Below, piece after piece: positions 12,745-23,833 of a stretch of 64,000 nt of DNA. The stretch's first letter is position 1, and each line of letters begins with the position of its first letter. Location of the stretch: assembly GCA_002269645.1 (NCBI GenBank), contig NIVC01000430.1, positions 1-64,000 on the forward strand. Reading direction: 5' to 3'. The notes below the pieces were generated by a model. That model ran no database searches, was not told the origin of the DNA, and saw nothing but the letters and a program-made list of their open reading frames with translations. The translations under genes and the position numbers were made by a program. The stretch comes from Macrostomum lignano (taxonomy: Eukaryota).

Positions 12745-14745
12745 TTAGCCCTTCTTCACAATGAGCGGGCCGACATTGTCTCCAGTGTCCTTGTTGTGCT
12801 GATTGTGCGTCCCATCGCAGTAGGGAAACTGCTTTGACCGCCAGCACCTGCACATGCACACTTTGTCGCCAGAGATCTCTTCAATGTCCACCGTGTTCAC
12901 AACCTTGTCTTTGTCCTTCTGCACACTCCAGTTCACTGGCTGGCTGCGGCTGCTGGCACTGCTGCCAGCAGACTTGCTGGAGAATTTGTAGCGACAGGTG
13001 GTGTACACAGAGTAGGCTAGGAAACCAGATGCACCAGTGAACAGCGTCAGCTTAGCAAGCTCAGATGCTGTGAAATCAATAAGCAAGAATATCAATTAGT
13101 TAATTTCAGTGAAATATGCCTGTTAAAAGTAGATTGCAATTGTAGAAAATTATTCAAAAACCAAATAATTCTATAATACATGGGTCTATTTTGAGGCAAC
13201 TCCAAAGACAAAATGAAAACTGTTTTTAACTTATACTTATTGAAATATAAGTGAACATTCATAAACCTTTGTATATATAGTAACTAGAAATAGAATGAAT
13301 AGAATTATATAATAATCTAATGAAAATGATAAGAAAGGGAGCAGCTCTTAGGGATAAAGGGGTAAGCCTATATTTTTTTAACAAATTTGATTGGTTACCC
13401 ACAGATAGGCCACTCAAGCATATACTTAGTACACTTAGTAGGCTAGAACTAGAACAACTGAGGAGGGTAATAAAAATTGGGTGATAGGGTGAGGACAGAA
13501 GTTCTGCATAAAGTTTGAGTGTTTAAACTTGGAAGTAAAAGCCAGTAAATGAACCTTATCGTTAAAAATATATTAAATGCTTCATTTTAACTTACACTAC
13601 TGAACTGAAAGTAGCTTGTATATAGATGTGCTCTGAGTGGCTTATTTAGTTATTCTGGTATTTGTAGGTTATCCTTGTAATCCTTTTAAAGCTTATGCTA
13701 AAAGGATAAGGCTACTCTTCATGTCTCCTAATTATTTAGCTGCACTGTATATAAACTATGATAGAAGTTTCTGGTGTGAGTTATTCAATTATTAAATAAT
13801 TGTTAACCATAGTCTAAACTATGCTAGGTGCATACCCAAAAAACAAATTGAAGAGTTAGAAATGCATGCAAAAATTGAGTATAAGCTCACTTTCTCAAAT
13901 CTAGGCCTGTGTTGCGACAATAAATGGTCTTTTTGGTTGATAACTTGGTTGATTATTTATCTTTCTTGTTTTATACAATTTATAAAAGAAAATCAATATG
14001 TACAATCATTTGCTTTAATACATTATTAATGAGCTTAAAAGCCAAAAAGTTAGAAATTTATGCTTAAATATGAATATTTAAATCTTTAATCCACTTAACA
14101 CTAACTTTTCCATGTTATTCCATGGATTGCATGCTAGGTATGCAAATGCACATATACTTTTTTCTTAAGTCATATAAGCCAACTGTGCATATTTAACTTT
14201 AGGCATGCAAGGCCAATTCATGCCCAAATTTTCTGGCATATACAGGTATACTACATGATCCAGAATGTGGATTATTATAATTTAAGATCATCAATTATAT
14301 TGATGAAATATAATACATTTACTACTAATATGGCAATAGAAAATTTTATACAATAATGGCATTCAGCCTATAAGGCCAATTTCGGGCCAACTGCTATTTC
14401 ATAACATTTTTCATTAAGTTACTATAAATTCAGGAGGTCGGGTCAGGTGCAACAAAATAACCAGATTTATCTTAGGGTTAGGCCTAGTTAGATAAATTGA
14501 ATGCTGGAAACAAGTGTCAACAAAATTTGCTTTCATTATATTGAAAAATTAACAGCAAACTTTGGTTGGCTATTTATGCTACTTTTTATTCATCGTTTTT
14601 GTCTTGTTAAAAAGAATATCACTTAAAAATATTAAATAATTGACGTACCTGAAAGTTTAAAAATCCCAAAGAAGCTATCAGGCACAGGAACATTTCGTAG
14701 AGTATCAGGAACTAATTCCGTGATAAAGCGACGATAGCAATTCAT
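12745..14745 (-). CDS. CISD2: CDGSH iron-sulfur domain protein 2 (Miner1/NAF-1-like); exons 14745-14649 and 13067-12745
   Basis: Exon 1 is [32 protein letters not shown] (CISD2-like N-terminus) with a phase-1 donor G|GTACGT. Acceptor TTTCACAG|. Then a TM helix and [34 protein letters not shown]. Confidence 0.9.
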
Positions 14746-16214
14746 GAATACGACTTGAAAACAAATATTTTCAAGTAATATTTTCAAGTTTCAAGTAAAA
14801 AATTATTTTGCGGACTACAGATTTTTTATCATAAAATGATGATAAAGTCATTTGTTTCTAAGAAAATCTAAGTTAAAAATCACAACCTAGTTTCTGTGAA
14901 AAATTTTGAGACGAAAAAGGTAAGCTAGAACAAAAAGACAAGTGTATATTTAAGTATTTTGAATGATTAAAACTTAAAGCCCATGCTTTCAGCTAAAATT
15001 TTGTTGTTAAGTGCAAATGGTGTTTAAATAAAATATATAAACAATTTAAAATAGAGTTTCGACGGAAGCTATCTAGATCGTCGGAGCCGCAATCTCCCTA
15101 TATACTATAATAATACTATCTTAGAAGGTACTAGATGGGAATAATATAATAATATAAAATAAATAATATACTAATATAATAAAATAATAATAATCCTAAA
15201 ATACTAAATGGGAGTGGCATAACTACGATTTACCGTTGGGATTCATACGAGCTACATTGGCTGGTAAATTGGTCTGTAAACCAAAGTTTGTAATTCGGAA
15301 GTTCATAAATAATTAAGATATATGCCATTTTAGGACTAAAAAACTAAACAGAAAAATTTACTGTATTGGGTAATGAATTTAAGACGAGACCCGGCATTCA
15401 TGCAGTGAAAATCCAGCGATTCCCAAGTGCAGTGTCTTATACTTTAGTTGTCCATACGGGTACATCCCCGGCCCCCACTATCTCAGTAGCTACAATGAAA
15501 ACGCGTACTTATGACACGGACTGTCGGCAGGAATCGAGCATGGTAATTCCGTACGTGTGTGTGCAAGCCAAAGACTAACTCAAGTAGTTTTTAATTGCGA
15601 GCTACAATGGAATGAGGTATACATGTAGTATAGCAACATGAACAAGGACAAACATCAAGACTGAAGTGGATAGCAATCTCGTACATGTAGTACTGTATAT
15701 TTGCGTTGGTCTCTCGATCTTTCTATGCAATTATGTATATAAGAGAGGAGCTATAGAAGCTATTATTAAGGAGCTCGGAGTGTAACTTAGCTGAGTTTCG
15801 CGTGCTATAGATTTAGAGTCAATAATTATATATGTACTTAACACATGTAGCTACATGTACATGCAGTTGAGTTAGGACACATAGTTGCTTTAAGTACTGG
15901 CTACAAAACATTCGACTTGACTCGCTAATGAGCTAGGATCTTTTACAACAAGCAAGCAATAAGCGTGAAATACAAAAAAGGTATAATAAGCATTAATTTG
16001 AAGATACCGACAAGCAAGCCTGCCAGTGCTAAAAATAACACAGTGATAAGGGTCAGATGCAAATTGAGAGAATTATACGGAAACGTTTAACAGCAGGCAC
16101 GTTCAACACAGCTTCGGTTGCAAATAAAATTCTGGCCACTTGATAATTGATAGAACAGATGTCCCCGTGAAGGACATCAGAAATAAAACAAGTTTCTTTT
16201 GTTGCAATTAATAT

Positions 16215-16483
16215 AATTGATTACACCTGCCCCAATTGGCAGATGTGCAACCGACAGCTCAGCCACAGCTATTGCGCGGCGCATCTGAAGGCTGCGTACG
16301 GCTGTTCAGTCCAAGGACTGGGGGGTCGCTAATGCTGGCACCCATTCTACAGCTGGCTAAACTGAAGCAATGCAGAGTTAAGTGTCTTGCTCAATGACAA
16401 AAATTGTTCCAGTGGGATCGGGAATCGAACCCCCGACCTTCAAGTCGTGAATCCGACGCTCTAACCACAAGGCTAAAACCCCC
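16215..16483 (-). mobile_element. tRNA-derived CORE-SINE
   Basis: Minus strand has an A box TAGCCTTGTGG, a perfect B box GGTTCGATTCC and a Val(CAC)-like loop, then TGTCATTGAGCAAGACACTTAACTCTGCATTGCTTCAGTTTAGCCAGCTGTAGAATGGGTG (16399-16339), which aligns to the MIR CORE sequence. The 3' boundary is approximate. Confidence 0.75.
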
Positions 16484-16605
16484 AAGCAATTAAAACTATT
16501 CTTGACGGACTCCTATCACAAAGCTACATTTGGGTACTGAGTTGCTAAGGAAAAACTGACAACAGTGACAATTTTTCAAATCCAACGCTGCATCACAGAA
16601 CTCCA

Positions 16606-17529
16606 TCAGCGCAGAATGACAGCGAGTTTATCCGCACTTTGTACGCTCAGCTTCCAAGTGACGTTATGTGAGGTGGTGTACAACAGCCGCGGCGGCGAGG
16701 TCATGTTGCCGCCGGCCCAGTCGACAGCGCAGCCGTCGGTTACGTCGAGAGCTACCATGAGGCCGAGATCGCCCGGGCAGCCGCCGTAAGCATAATTGAT
16801 GAACCAGCGACGCTCGAGTATGCCATCAGAATGACCTTCGATGCTGAAGTAGTTGAAGGTCCTGCTGGCAAGGTCGGTGACGGGCCAGCTGGCCTTCAGC
16901 CGGTCCCGAGAGAACCAGTTGGTCCTGTTCAGCTCGTGAGGCGACGCTGAGAGGTCGAAGGTGACCTTCACGACGACGGAGTCGGCGACAGAGAGCTGGA
17001 CGACGGCCTCCTTGAAGGTGAGCTTCGGCGCTACGGTGGGCAGCTGGTCGATGGCGCTGGCGCGGAACAGGTCGGGCAGGAGGCTGGCGGACCCGGGTGT
17101 GCCCTGGACGGCGGAGCCGTTGCTGCGGCTCGGCGAGTCGACCAGATCGAACGACTTGACGCCGACGCCCGCTCGGATGCTCAGCCCGAGGAAGCCGCGC
17201 TCGGCGACGTCGCAGGACACGAGGCAGCGGCCCCCTGCCGAGGCCGAGACGGGGCAGGCGGCGAAGTCGCCACAGTCGGTCGGGCGACGCTCGCAGACAC
17301 CGGCGGCGGCGTCCCACGTGACCGACTCGCCCGCGGCGGCTCCCGTCGGCTGCGGCAGGTCCGGCCGGAAGCAGCCGCGGACGCCTTGGCTGCCGCTGGC
17401 GACTCGAACCGGCGGCTCGCAGATCGATGCGAACTGCGACTCCGTGAAGCAGCGGAGCTGTCCGGCGGCGGCCCCGGCGGCCAGCAGCAGCGCCAGGCAC
17501 GTCAGGAGTGTCGCACCGGACGACTTCAT
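16606..17529 (-). CDS. Secreted Cys-rich protein, copy 1 (307 aa, intronless, unknown family)
   Basis: Signal peptide MKSSGATLLTCLALLLAAGAAAG, an 8-Cys N-terminal module, and a C-terminal domain with NWFSRDRL...FSIEG...RRWFINYAYGGC...C..W. N-glycosylation sequons present. The ORF is intact. Confidence 0.85.
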   Translation of the reverse strand: MKSSGATLLTCLALLLAAGAAAGQLRCFTESQFASICEPPVRVASGSQGVRGCFRPDLPQPTGAAAGESVTWDAAAGVCERRPTDCGDFAACPVSASAGGRCLVSCDVAERGFLGLSIRAGVGVKSFDLVDSPSRSNGSAVQGTPGSASLLPDLFRASAIDQLPTVAPKLTFKEAVVQLSVADSVVVKVTFDLSASPHELNRTNWFSRDRLKASWPVTDLASRTFNYFSIEGHSDGILERRWFINYAYGGCPGDLGLMVALDVTDGCAVDWAGGNMTSPPRLLYTTSHNVTWKLSVQSADKLAVILR

Positions 17530-18379
17530 TGATCAGTGCAAGTCTATGTCAGTGGTTTGGCCAGTCGATTTTTCTCTTCCAGTTTTGAGCGGCTCTAACG
17601 CTTGCTGGTTTTAGAGCATTTATTTCGCTTGCTGCCGGATCCAGCAAAACTTTTTGCGGATTGGCTGGGGGATTTTGGTCTCGCCCTGCAGACTCATCAA
17701 TTATTGGGCACGGCCATCTTTGCAGGACTCCGGAGATCCGCAAGACGGCTGTTTTGACAACGAAGTGAGGGGCTTGCAAGCTGAGTTGCTGCACTCTTCA
17801 AATTGCAAGAGTGGAAAAGTTTGCGTCCGATTAGGGATAGAAAACCTGCTTACTCAGGCTACGTTAAAAATAATTTGAAGCACTAATGTTAGCTACTAAG
17901 CACGCATTATTGTTCCCTCCTGGGGACTGGCGGCTGCGGATTAATTAATTAATGATGAGGCTACTCAGGAAGACTGGCTGGAGGAAGAGGCAACTGTTTC
18001 AGGCAGAAACTTTTCTTAACAAGTGGAGGACTTTAAACTGTTTCGACTGCAAGAAATTGCCAGTAAAAGTATTGGAGAGGCGCGTTGGACTCTGCGACTA
18101 AGAGGCAGAATTCGTTTTCAAAATAAATGTACATTTATGCATTCCATGTGGAGTTTTCTAGACCGAACACTTTTACCCGTTGTAAAAGAAGACAATTGGT
18201 GCAAAATCCGTTGTTGTCGTTGTGGCAGCCTAGTAGTCCAGTGCGGTGTTCTGATGTGCCAACGGCCCAGGTTCGATTCCAAGTGCAGTCACATTAATTT
18301 GAGGCTAAATTTGAATCTCGGCTTGACTCTGCTCGTGCAATTAACGCACTTGAAGGTCAACTCCCAAGGCAAAGTGAAG

Positions 18380-18654
18380 TGTACATGTCTAACGACAAAG
18401 AAAGTTAGGGCCGCTGTACACTCCTGTGTGAGTGTGTGTGCCTGTGCGTATGACTGAGTACGTATCCGCGCGCTTGGACCCTTGGAGTGTGCCTGCTCAG
18501 GTGAGTCGGCGGAATGTGCAGTAATGCCTCTCGCAGGTTGTGCGACAATGTCGCTTAATGTGCGCCAGTGTGCACACACCATCCTGCCTCTAATAAAACA
18601 CGAATAAAAGAAGTCTAGCACGCATTCAAACTCTATTTGCAATGCGGCAGGACA
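18380..18654 (+). mobile_element. Solo LTR (275 bp, Ty3/Gypsy-like) with 4-bp TSD
   Basis: Starts TGTAC, ends GGACA, and is flanked on both sides by GAAG (18376-18379 and 18655-18658). Two AATAAA signals lie near the 3' end. Confidence 0.6.
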
Positions 18655-18984
18655 GAAGGTGAGAAGTCAATTTACCGCTACGCAACTGATAATCCCCCCC
18701 TATTACCGATAATGCAAATTTAGACAAAGCTGGCCATACATATATTTGCTAGCCATTTAATTCGCACTGGACATTGTCTCTTGGCCTTGACAATTCCTTA
18801 AAATCTTTGCATACGTGACTGACATTTAGGATACCAAAACATTGATAGTTAAATTTAAGTTTTCACGGATTTATTGATATTTGCAAAGACTGGTTACCAT
18901 AGCAGTATAAGGTATCGAACCTGAAGTAGAAGAGCGGCAATTATAGATGTTGTACTACTAACTATCTGCACTGAACCATAGAAG

Positions 18985-19995
18985 ATTCATTGCACGTCGC
19001 AACGCCTCTGGATCTCCTCCAGGCTTCCCTCTGCACGTCCCAACGCCTCTGGATCTCCTCCAGGCTTCCCTCTGCACGTCGCAACGCCTCTGGATCTCCT
19101 CCAGGCTTCCCTCTGCACGTCCCAACGCCTCTGGATCTCCTCCAGGCTTCCCTCTGCACGTCGCAACGCCTCTGGATCTCCTCCAGGCTTCCCTCTGCAC
19201 GTCGCAACGCCTCTGGATCTCCTCCAGGCTTCCCTCTGCACGTCGCAACGCCTCTGGATCTCCTCCAGGCTTCCCTCTGCACGTCCCAACGCCTCTGGAT
19301 CTCCTCCAGGCTTCCCTCTGCACGTCGCAACGCCTCTGGATCTCCTCCAGGCTTCCCTCTGCACGTCCCAACGCCTCTGGATCTCCTCCAGGCTTCCCTC
19401 TGCACGTCCCAACGCCTCTGGATCTCCTCCAGGCTTCCCTCTGCACGTCCCAACGCCTCTGGATCTCCTCCAGGCTTCCCTCTGCACGTCGCAACGCCTC
19501 TGGATCTCCTCCAGGCTTCCCTCTGCACGTCCCAACGCCTACCTGGATCTCTCCAGGCTTCCCTCTGCACGTCCCAACGCCCATCTGGATCTCTCCAGGC
19601 TTCCCTGTACACGTCCCAACGCCTCTGGATCTCTTCAGGCTTCCCTGTGCACGTCCCAACGCCTCTGGATCTCTCCAGGCTTCCCTCTGCACGTCCCAAC
19701 GCCTATCTGGATCTCTCCAGGCTTCCCTCTGCACGTCCCAACGCCTACCTGGATCTCTCCAGGCTTCCCTCTGCACGTCCCAACGCCTATCTGGATCTCT
19801 TCAGGCTTCCCTCTGCACGTCCCAACGCCTCTGGATCTCCTCCAGGCTTCACTCTGCACGTCCCAACGCCTCTGGATCTCCTCCAGGCTTCCCTCTGCAC
19901 GTCCCAACGCCTTTGGATCTCCTCCAGGCTTCCCTCTGCACGTCCCAACGCCTCTGGATCTCCTCCAGGCTTCACCCATCGCGTCCCAACGCCTA
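18985..19995. repeat. 41-bp minisatellite between secreted-protein copies 1 and 2
   Basis: Unit GCACGTC(C/G)CAACGCCTCTGGATCTCCTCCAGGCTTCCCTCT, about 24 copies. Confidence 0.95.
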
Positions 19996-20331
19996 TGGAT
20001 TTGCGGGCTTCACTCATCGTGTCCCAAAGTCTAAATAAAACTCATTAGCGTCAAATTTATAGTACTGAGGCCGAGCTTCCAAGCCGACCACAGTCACCAC
20101 ATCTGAAATCTATTTCCTCAAAGATGAAACTTCGTTCTACTGATAATAAACTGACTGGATAGCAAGGAATTCTTTAGACTAAATTGCAGCCGGGCTCAGA
20201 ATTTAAGACAGAAAGAGCATTACTGTACATTGTGCGCAAGTTTCGGATTGCAAAACATTCGGTCTAAAATGGATAACACTGCCAGCAGCAGCCACCCTCT
20301 GCACTGCCAGCTCACACTGGTTTCAGGCAGC

Positions 20332-21237
20332 TCAGCGTAGGGTCACGGCCAGCCTGTCAGCAAGCTGGAAACTGCTCTTAAACGCCACATCCGACTGCGT
20401 GCTGTACACCAGCCGCGGCGGCGAGGTCACACTGCCGTTGCCCCAGGAGGCAGCGCAGCCGTCGGTTATGTCGAGAGCTACCATGAGGCCGCGGTCTCTG
20501 TTGCAGCCGCCGTAAGCATAATTGATGAACCAACGGCGCTCAAGTTTACGCTTGACATGACCCCCAATGCTGAAGTAGTTAAAGCTCTTTCTGGCGAGGT
20601 CGGTGACGGGCCAGCTGGCCTTCAGCCGGTCCCGAGAGAACCAGTTGGTCCTGTTCAGCTCGTGAGGCGACGCTGAGAGGTCGAAGGTGACCTTCACGAC
20701 GACGGAGTCGGCGACAGAGAGCTGGACGACGGCCTCCTTGAAGGTGAGCTTCGGCGCTACGGTGGGCAGCTGGTCGATGGCGCTGGCGCGGAACAGGTCG
20801 GGCAGGAGGCTGGCGGACCCGGGTGTGCCCTGGACGGCGGAGCCGTTGCTGCGGCTCGGCGAGTCGACCAGATCGAATGACTTGATGCCGACGCCCGCTC
20901 GGATGCTCAGCGCGAGGAAGCCGCGATCGGCGACGTCGCAGGACACGAGGCAGCGGCCCCCTGCCGAGGCCGAGACGGGGCAGGCGGCGAAGTCGCCACA
21001 GTCGGTCGGGCGACGCTCGCAGACACCGGCGGCGGCGTCCCACGTGACCGACTCGCCCGCGGCGGCTCCCGTCGGCTGCGGCAGGTCCGGCCGGAAGCAG
21101 CCGCGGACGCCTTGGCTGCCGCTGGCGACTCGAACCGGCGGCTCGCAGATCGATGCGAACTGCGACTCCGTGAAGCAGTCGGGCTCAGCAGCGGCGCCCA
21201 CCAGCAGCACCAAGCACGTAAAGAGTGGCGCAATCAT
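20332..21237 (-). CDS. Secreted Cys-rich protein, copy 2 (intronless, unknown family)
   Basis: ATG at 21237 (MIAPLFTCLVLLVGAAAEPDC). The mature N-terminal two-thirds is almost identical to copy 1; the C-terminal third is diverged. The ORF is intact. Confidence 0.85.
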   Translation of the reverse strand: MIAPLFTCLVLLVGAAAEPDCFTESQFASICEPPVRVASGSQGVRGCFRPDLPQPTGAAAGESVTWDAAAGVCERRPTDCGDFAACPVSASAGGRCLVSCDVADRGFLALSIRAGVGIKSFDLVDSPSRSNGSAVQGTPGSASLLPDLFRASAIDQLPTVAPKLTFKEAVVQLSVADSVVVKVTFDLSASPHELNRTNWFSRDRLKASWPVTDLARKSFNYFSIGGHVKRKLERRWFINYAYGGCNRDRGLMVALDITDGCAASWGNGSVTSPPRLVYSTQSDVAFKSSFQLADRLAVTLR

Positions 21238-21841
21238 TTTTGCAGACAAATTTTCAACTGGTGAAAAGCAGCAGTGCGAAAACGAGGGAACGAACAAGCG
21301 GCCTCTTATACCTTTGATCTCTTATACCTGACCCAGTTAACTTCCCAGTTAACTGCACACTCTGGCCAGAGGGGGATTCTCTAGCAAGTAAAACGTGTTG
21401 AGCCGGGCTGAGCAGCTCAGTAAGGTGCTCAGAGTGCCGGTCTGTTTACTCAAATTTCCGCTAAAGGCTATCAAAACACGCCGTTTCTATGGTGACGGGG
21501 CCAGCGCAATTTTTCCGCAAATTTCCTCGGTAGGAGAAACGAATTCACTACTCAGTTATCAGCAAACAATTGCGTTTGACACTAAAGGTGAGTCAACTTG
21601 AGTAACTTCGATTTTTGCAAGGAGCAAGGAGGATTTTTGTGACGCCTTCAAAATTTCCTGCAGTCGTCAAATATCCTGCAGGTAACAGGCTAGTCACACA
21701 CAATGAGCTGCTTAAAGTGAAAGCTGTATTCAGGCATACAAGGCTTGGGCTCAGTCGGCTCTCTTTCAAAATTCCAATGCAAATTGGAATAGAACCACAG
21801 CTTAACTCTTGCAACAAGACGCCATAGAAGTGCGTCCGCAT

Positions 21842-21855
21842 GTTTCCATGGAAAC
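21842..21855. promoter_or_regulatory. Perfect palindromic X-box (RFX site) between the head-to-head copies 2 and 3
   Basis: GTTTCCATGGAAAC matches GTTNCCATGGNAAC exactly. Confidence 0.5.
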
Positions 21856-22085
21856 GCAGTGCTTACCCTAAGCAATTTTATAATTGGGACCCAGCAGGTG
21901 CGTTTCCTGCAAGCCTTCTTAAATTATTAACCAAGCAATGAGTCTGCTTGCCTGTTTACGAACTGCCAAGGAGCACAGGGCCGGTGGGGAAGCTGGCAGG
22001 TATACGCTCGTAATATATTCAGAAGAATGAGTAGAGAGGAAAACTGCTTTAAGTTGATTCTAACGTAATCCACTGTACGACAGAC

Positions 22086-22951
22086 ATGGCGCATGTGAGG
22101 GTGCCGCTCCTGACGTGCCTGACACTGCTGCTGGGCCCGGCTGCTTCACGGAGTCGCAGTTCGCATCGACCTGCGAGCCGCCGGTTCGAGTCGCCAGCGG
22201 CAGCCATGGCCAGACCTGCCGCAGCCGATGGGAGCCGCCGCGGGCGAGTCGGTCACGTGGAAGGCCGACTCCGGTGTCTGCGAGCGTCGCCCGACCGACT
22301 GCGGCGACTTCGCCGCCTGCCCCGTCTCGGCCTCGGCAGGGGGCCGCTGCCTCGTGTCCTGCGACGTCGCCGAGCGCGGCTTCCTCGCGCTGAGCATCCG
22401 AGCGGGCGTCGGCGTCAAGTCGTTCGACCTGGTCGACTCGCCGAGCCGCAGCAACGGCTCCGCCGTCCGGGGCACGCCCAGCTCCGCCCGACCTGTTCCG
22501 CGCCAGCGCCATCGACCAGCTGCCCACCGTGGCGCCGAAGCTCACCTTCAAGGAGGCCGTCGTCCAGCTCTCTGTCGCCGCCTCTGTCGTCGTGAAGGTC
22601 ACCTTCGACCTCTCGGCGTCGCCTCACGAGCTAAACAGGACCAACTGGTTCTCTCGGGACCGGCTGAAGGCCAGCTGGCCCGTCACCGACCTCGCCAGCA
22701 GGACCTTCCAATTCTTCAGCATTGCTGGCGATGCTAGTGGACAGCGCCGCTGGTTCATTCACTAGTTTTACGGCGGCTGCCCGGGTGATCTTGGACTCAT
22801 GGTAGCTCTCGACGTAACCGACGTCTGCGCTGTCGACTGGGCCGGCGGCAACATGACCTCGCCGCCGCGGCTGGTGTACAGCACGCAGCCGGACGTGCCG
22901 CTTGAGACCAGTTTCCGCCTTGCTGACAAGCTGGCCGTGACGCTACGCTAG
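22086..22951 (+). pseudogene. Secreted Cys-rich protein, copy 3 (pseudogene, inverted)
   Basis: Homologous to copies 1 and 2 over its full length, but with three multi-nucleotide frameshifting deletions (after the signal peptide, near 22212, and 11 nt near 22486) and an in-frame TAG at 22763-22765 where the others have Tyr. The natural stop is at 22949-22951. Confidence 0.8.
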
Positions 22952-23833
22952 GATCTCTGAAGCAAGCCTCGATAGCCAATGATTTGGCAGAGTTAACATG
23001 CACTCCATGCGTTCGAAGTGTCGATTCACACATAAAATAACTTCATACGATACGAACTAAGCGCAATCTCTCCGTGTCAATCCGTGTCAAATCTATCAAT
23101 CAAAGCTTATTCGTAGAAATGAAAGTTCGTCATTAATAAAACGATTACGTAATCAATTCAATGATTATCCTCTGACTGTTTAGTAGAGCCAGTCCATTAT
23201 TAAATATAATTTACGAGTATATTGTTATTCGACATAATGCCAGCTTGAACTACAATTAGCAGACAACAAACAACTGGACCGCAGTAAACGGGTGGCAATA
23301 TAATTAATTGTCTTATAAGATGATCGATGGGGTCTGCGGCTCACACTACTTATCTACTCAACTATAACTGCTTAAAGCCAGACGGCAAGCGTTTTTAATA
23401 TAAATAATATAATTTTATGTTCATTTGCACTGCTTCCTACTGAAAATAGAATAACAGTTAAATTAACTAATAAACAACAAAAAAAGTTAGAAATACAATT
23501 TCGAAGCTTTGTTAGAAAGCGCGCAAACTACTAATTAGTAGTGAGTAGCTGAAAATTTGCAATTAAAATAAGAAAAAATTCCACAAAAAAGCTTGCAGCT
23601 GCAAAACCGGATGCTAAGAAATCCTCATTTGCAGCGCAATCTGGAATATAATACGGTTGTGAATGAAAACAACAATTTATATTAATATCTAATGTTTTTA
23701 GACACACGGAAAGCAAACAACAAACTGATCTATCAGTCAGTAGTTACCGCATAAATTTGATTGCCGACAAAAACATTCATCTGCAAAGCATCTCTGTTTT
23801 TAGGACTAAGAAAATGGTAAATTGAAAATAGTT

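Noticed and set aside
16410-16483. tRNA-Val(CAC) gene
   Set aside because: A and B boxes are present, but the acceptor, anticodon and T stems do not pair properly and a CORE domain follows, so it is a SINE head.
18985-19995. HIF-type ACGTG site in every 41-bp unit
   Set aside because: A 5-6-bp motif is expected by chance among this many repeat units, and there is no supporting context.
18958-20048. Long ORFs (up to 352 aa) and a possible CRISPR-like array
   Set aside because: Pure 41-bp tandem repeat with no unique spacers; the ORFs are artefacts of a stop-free unit.
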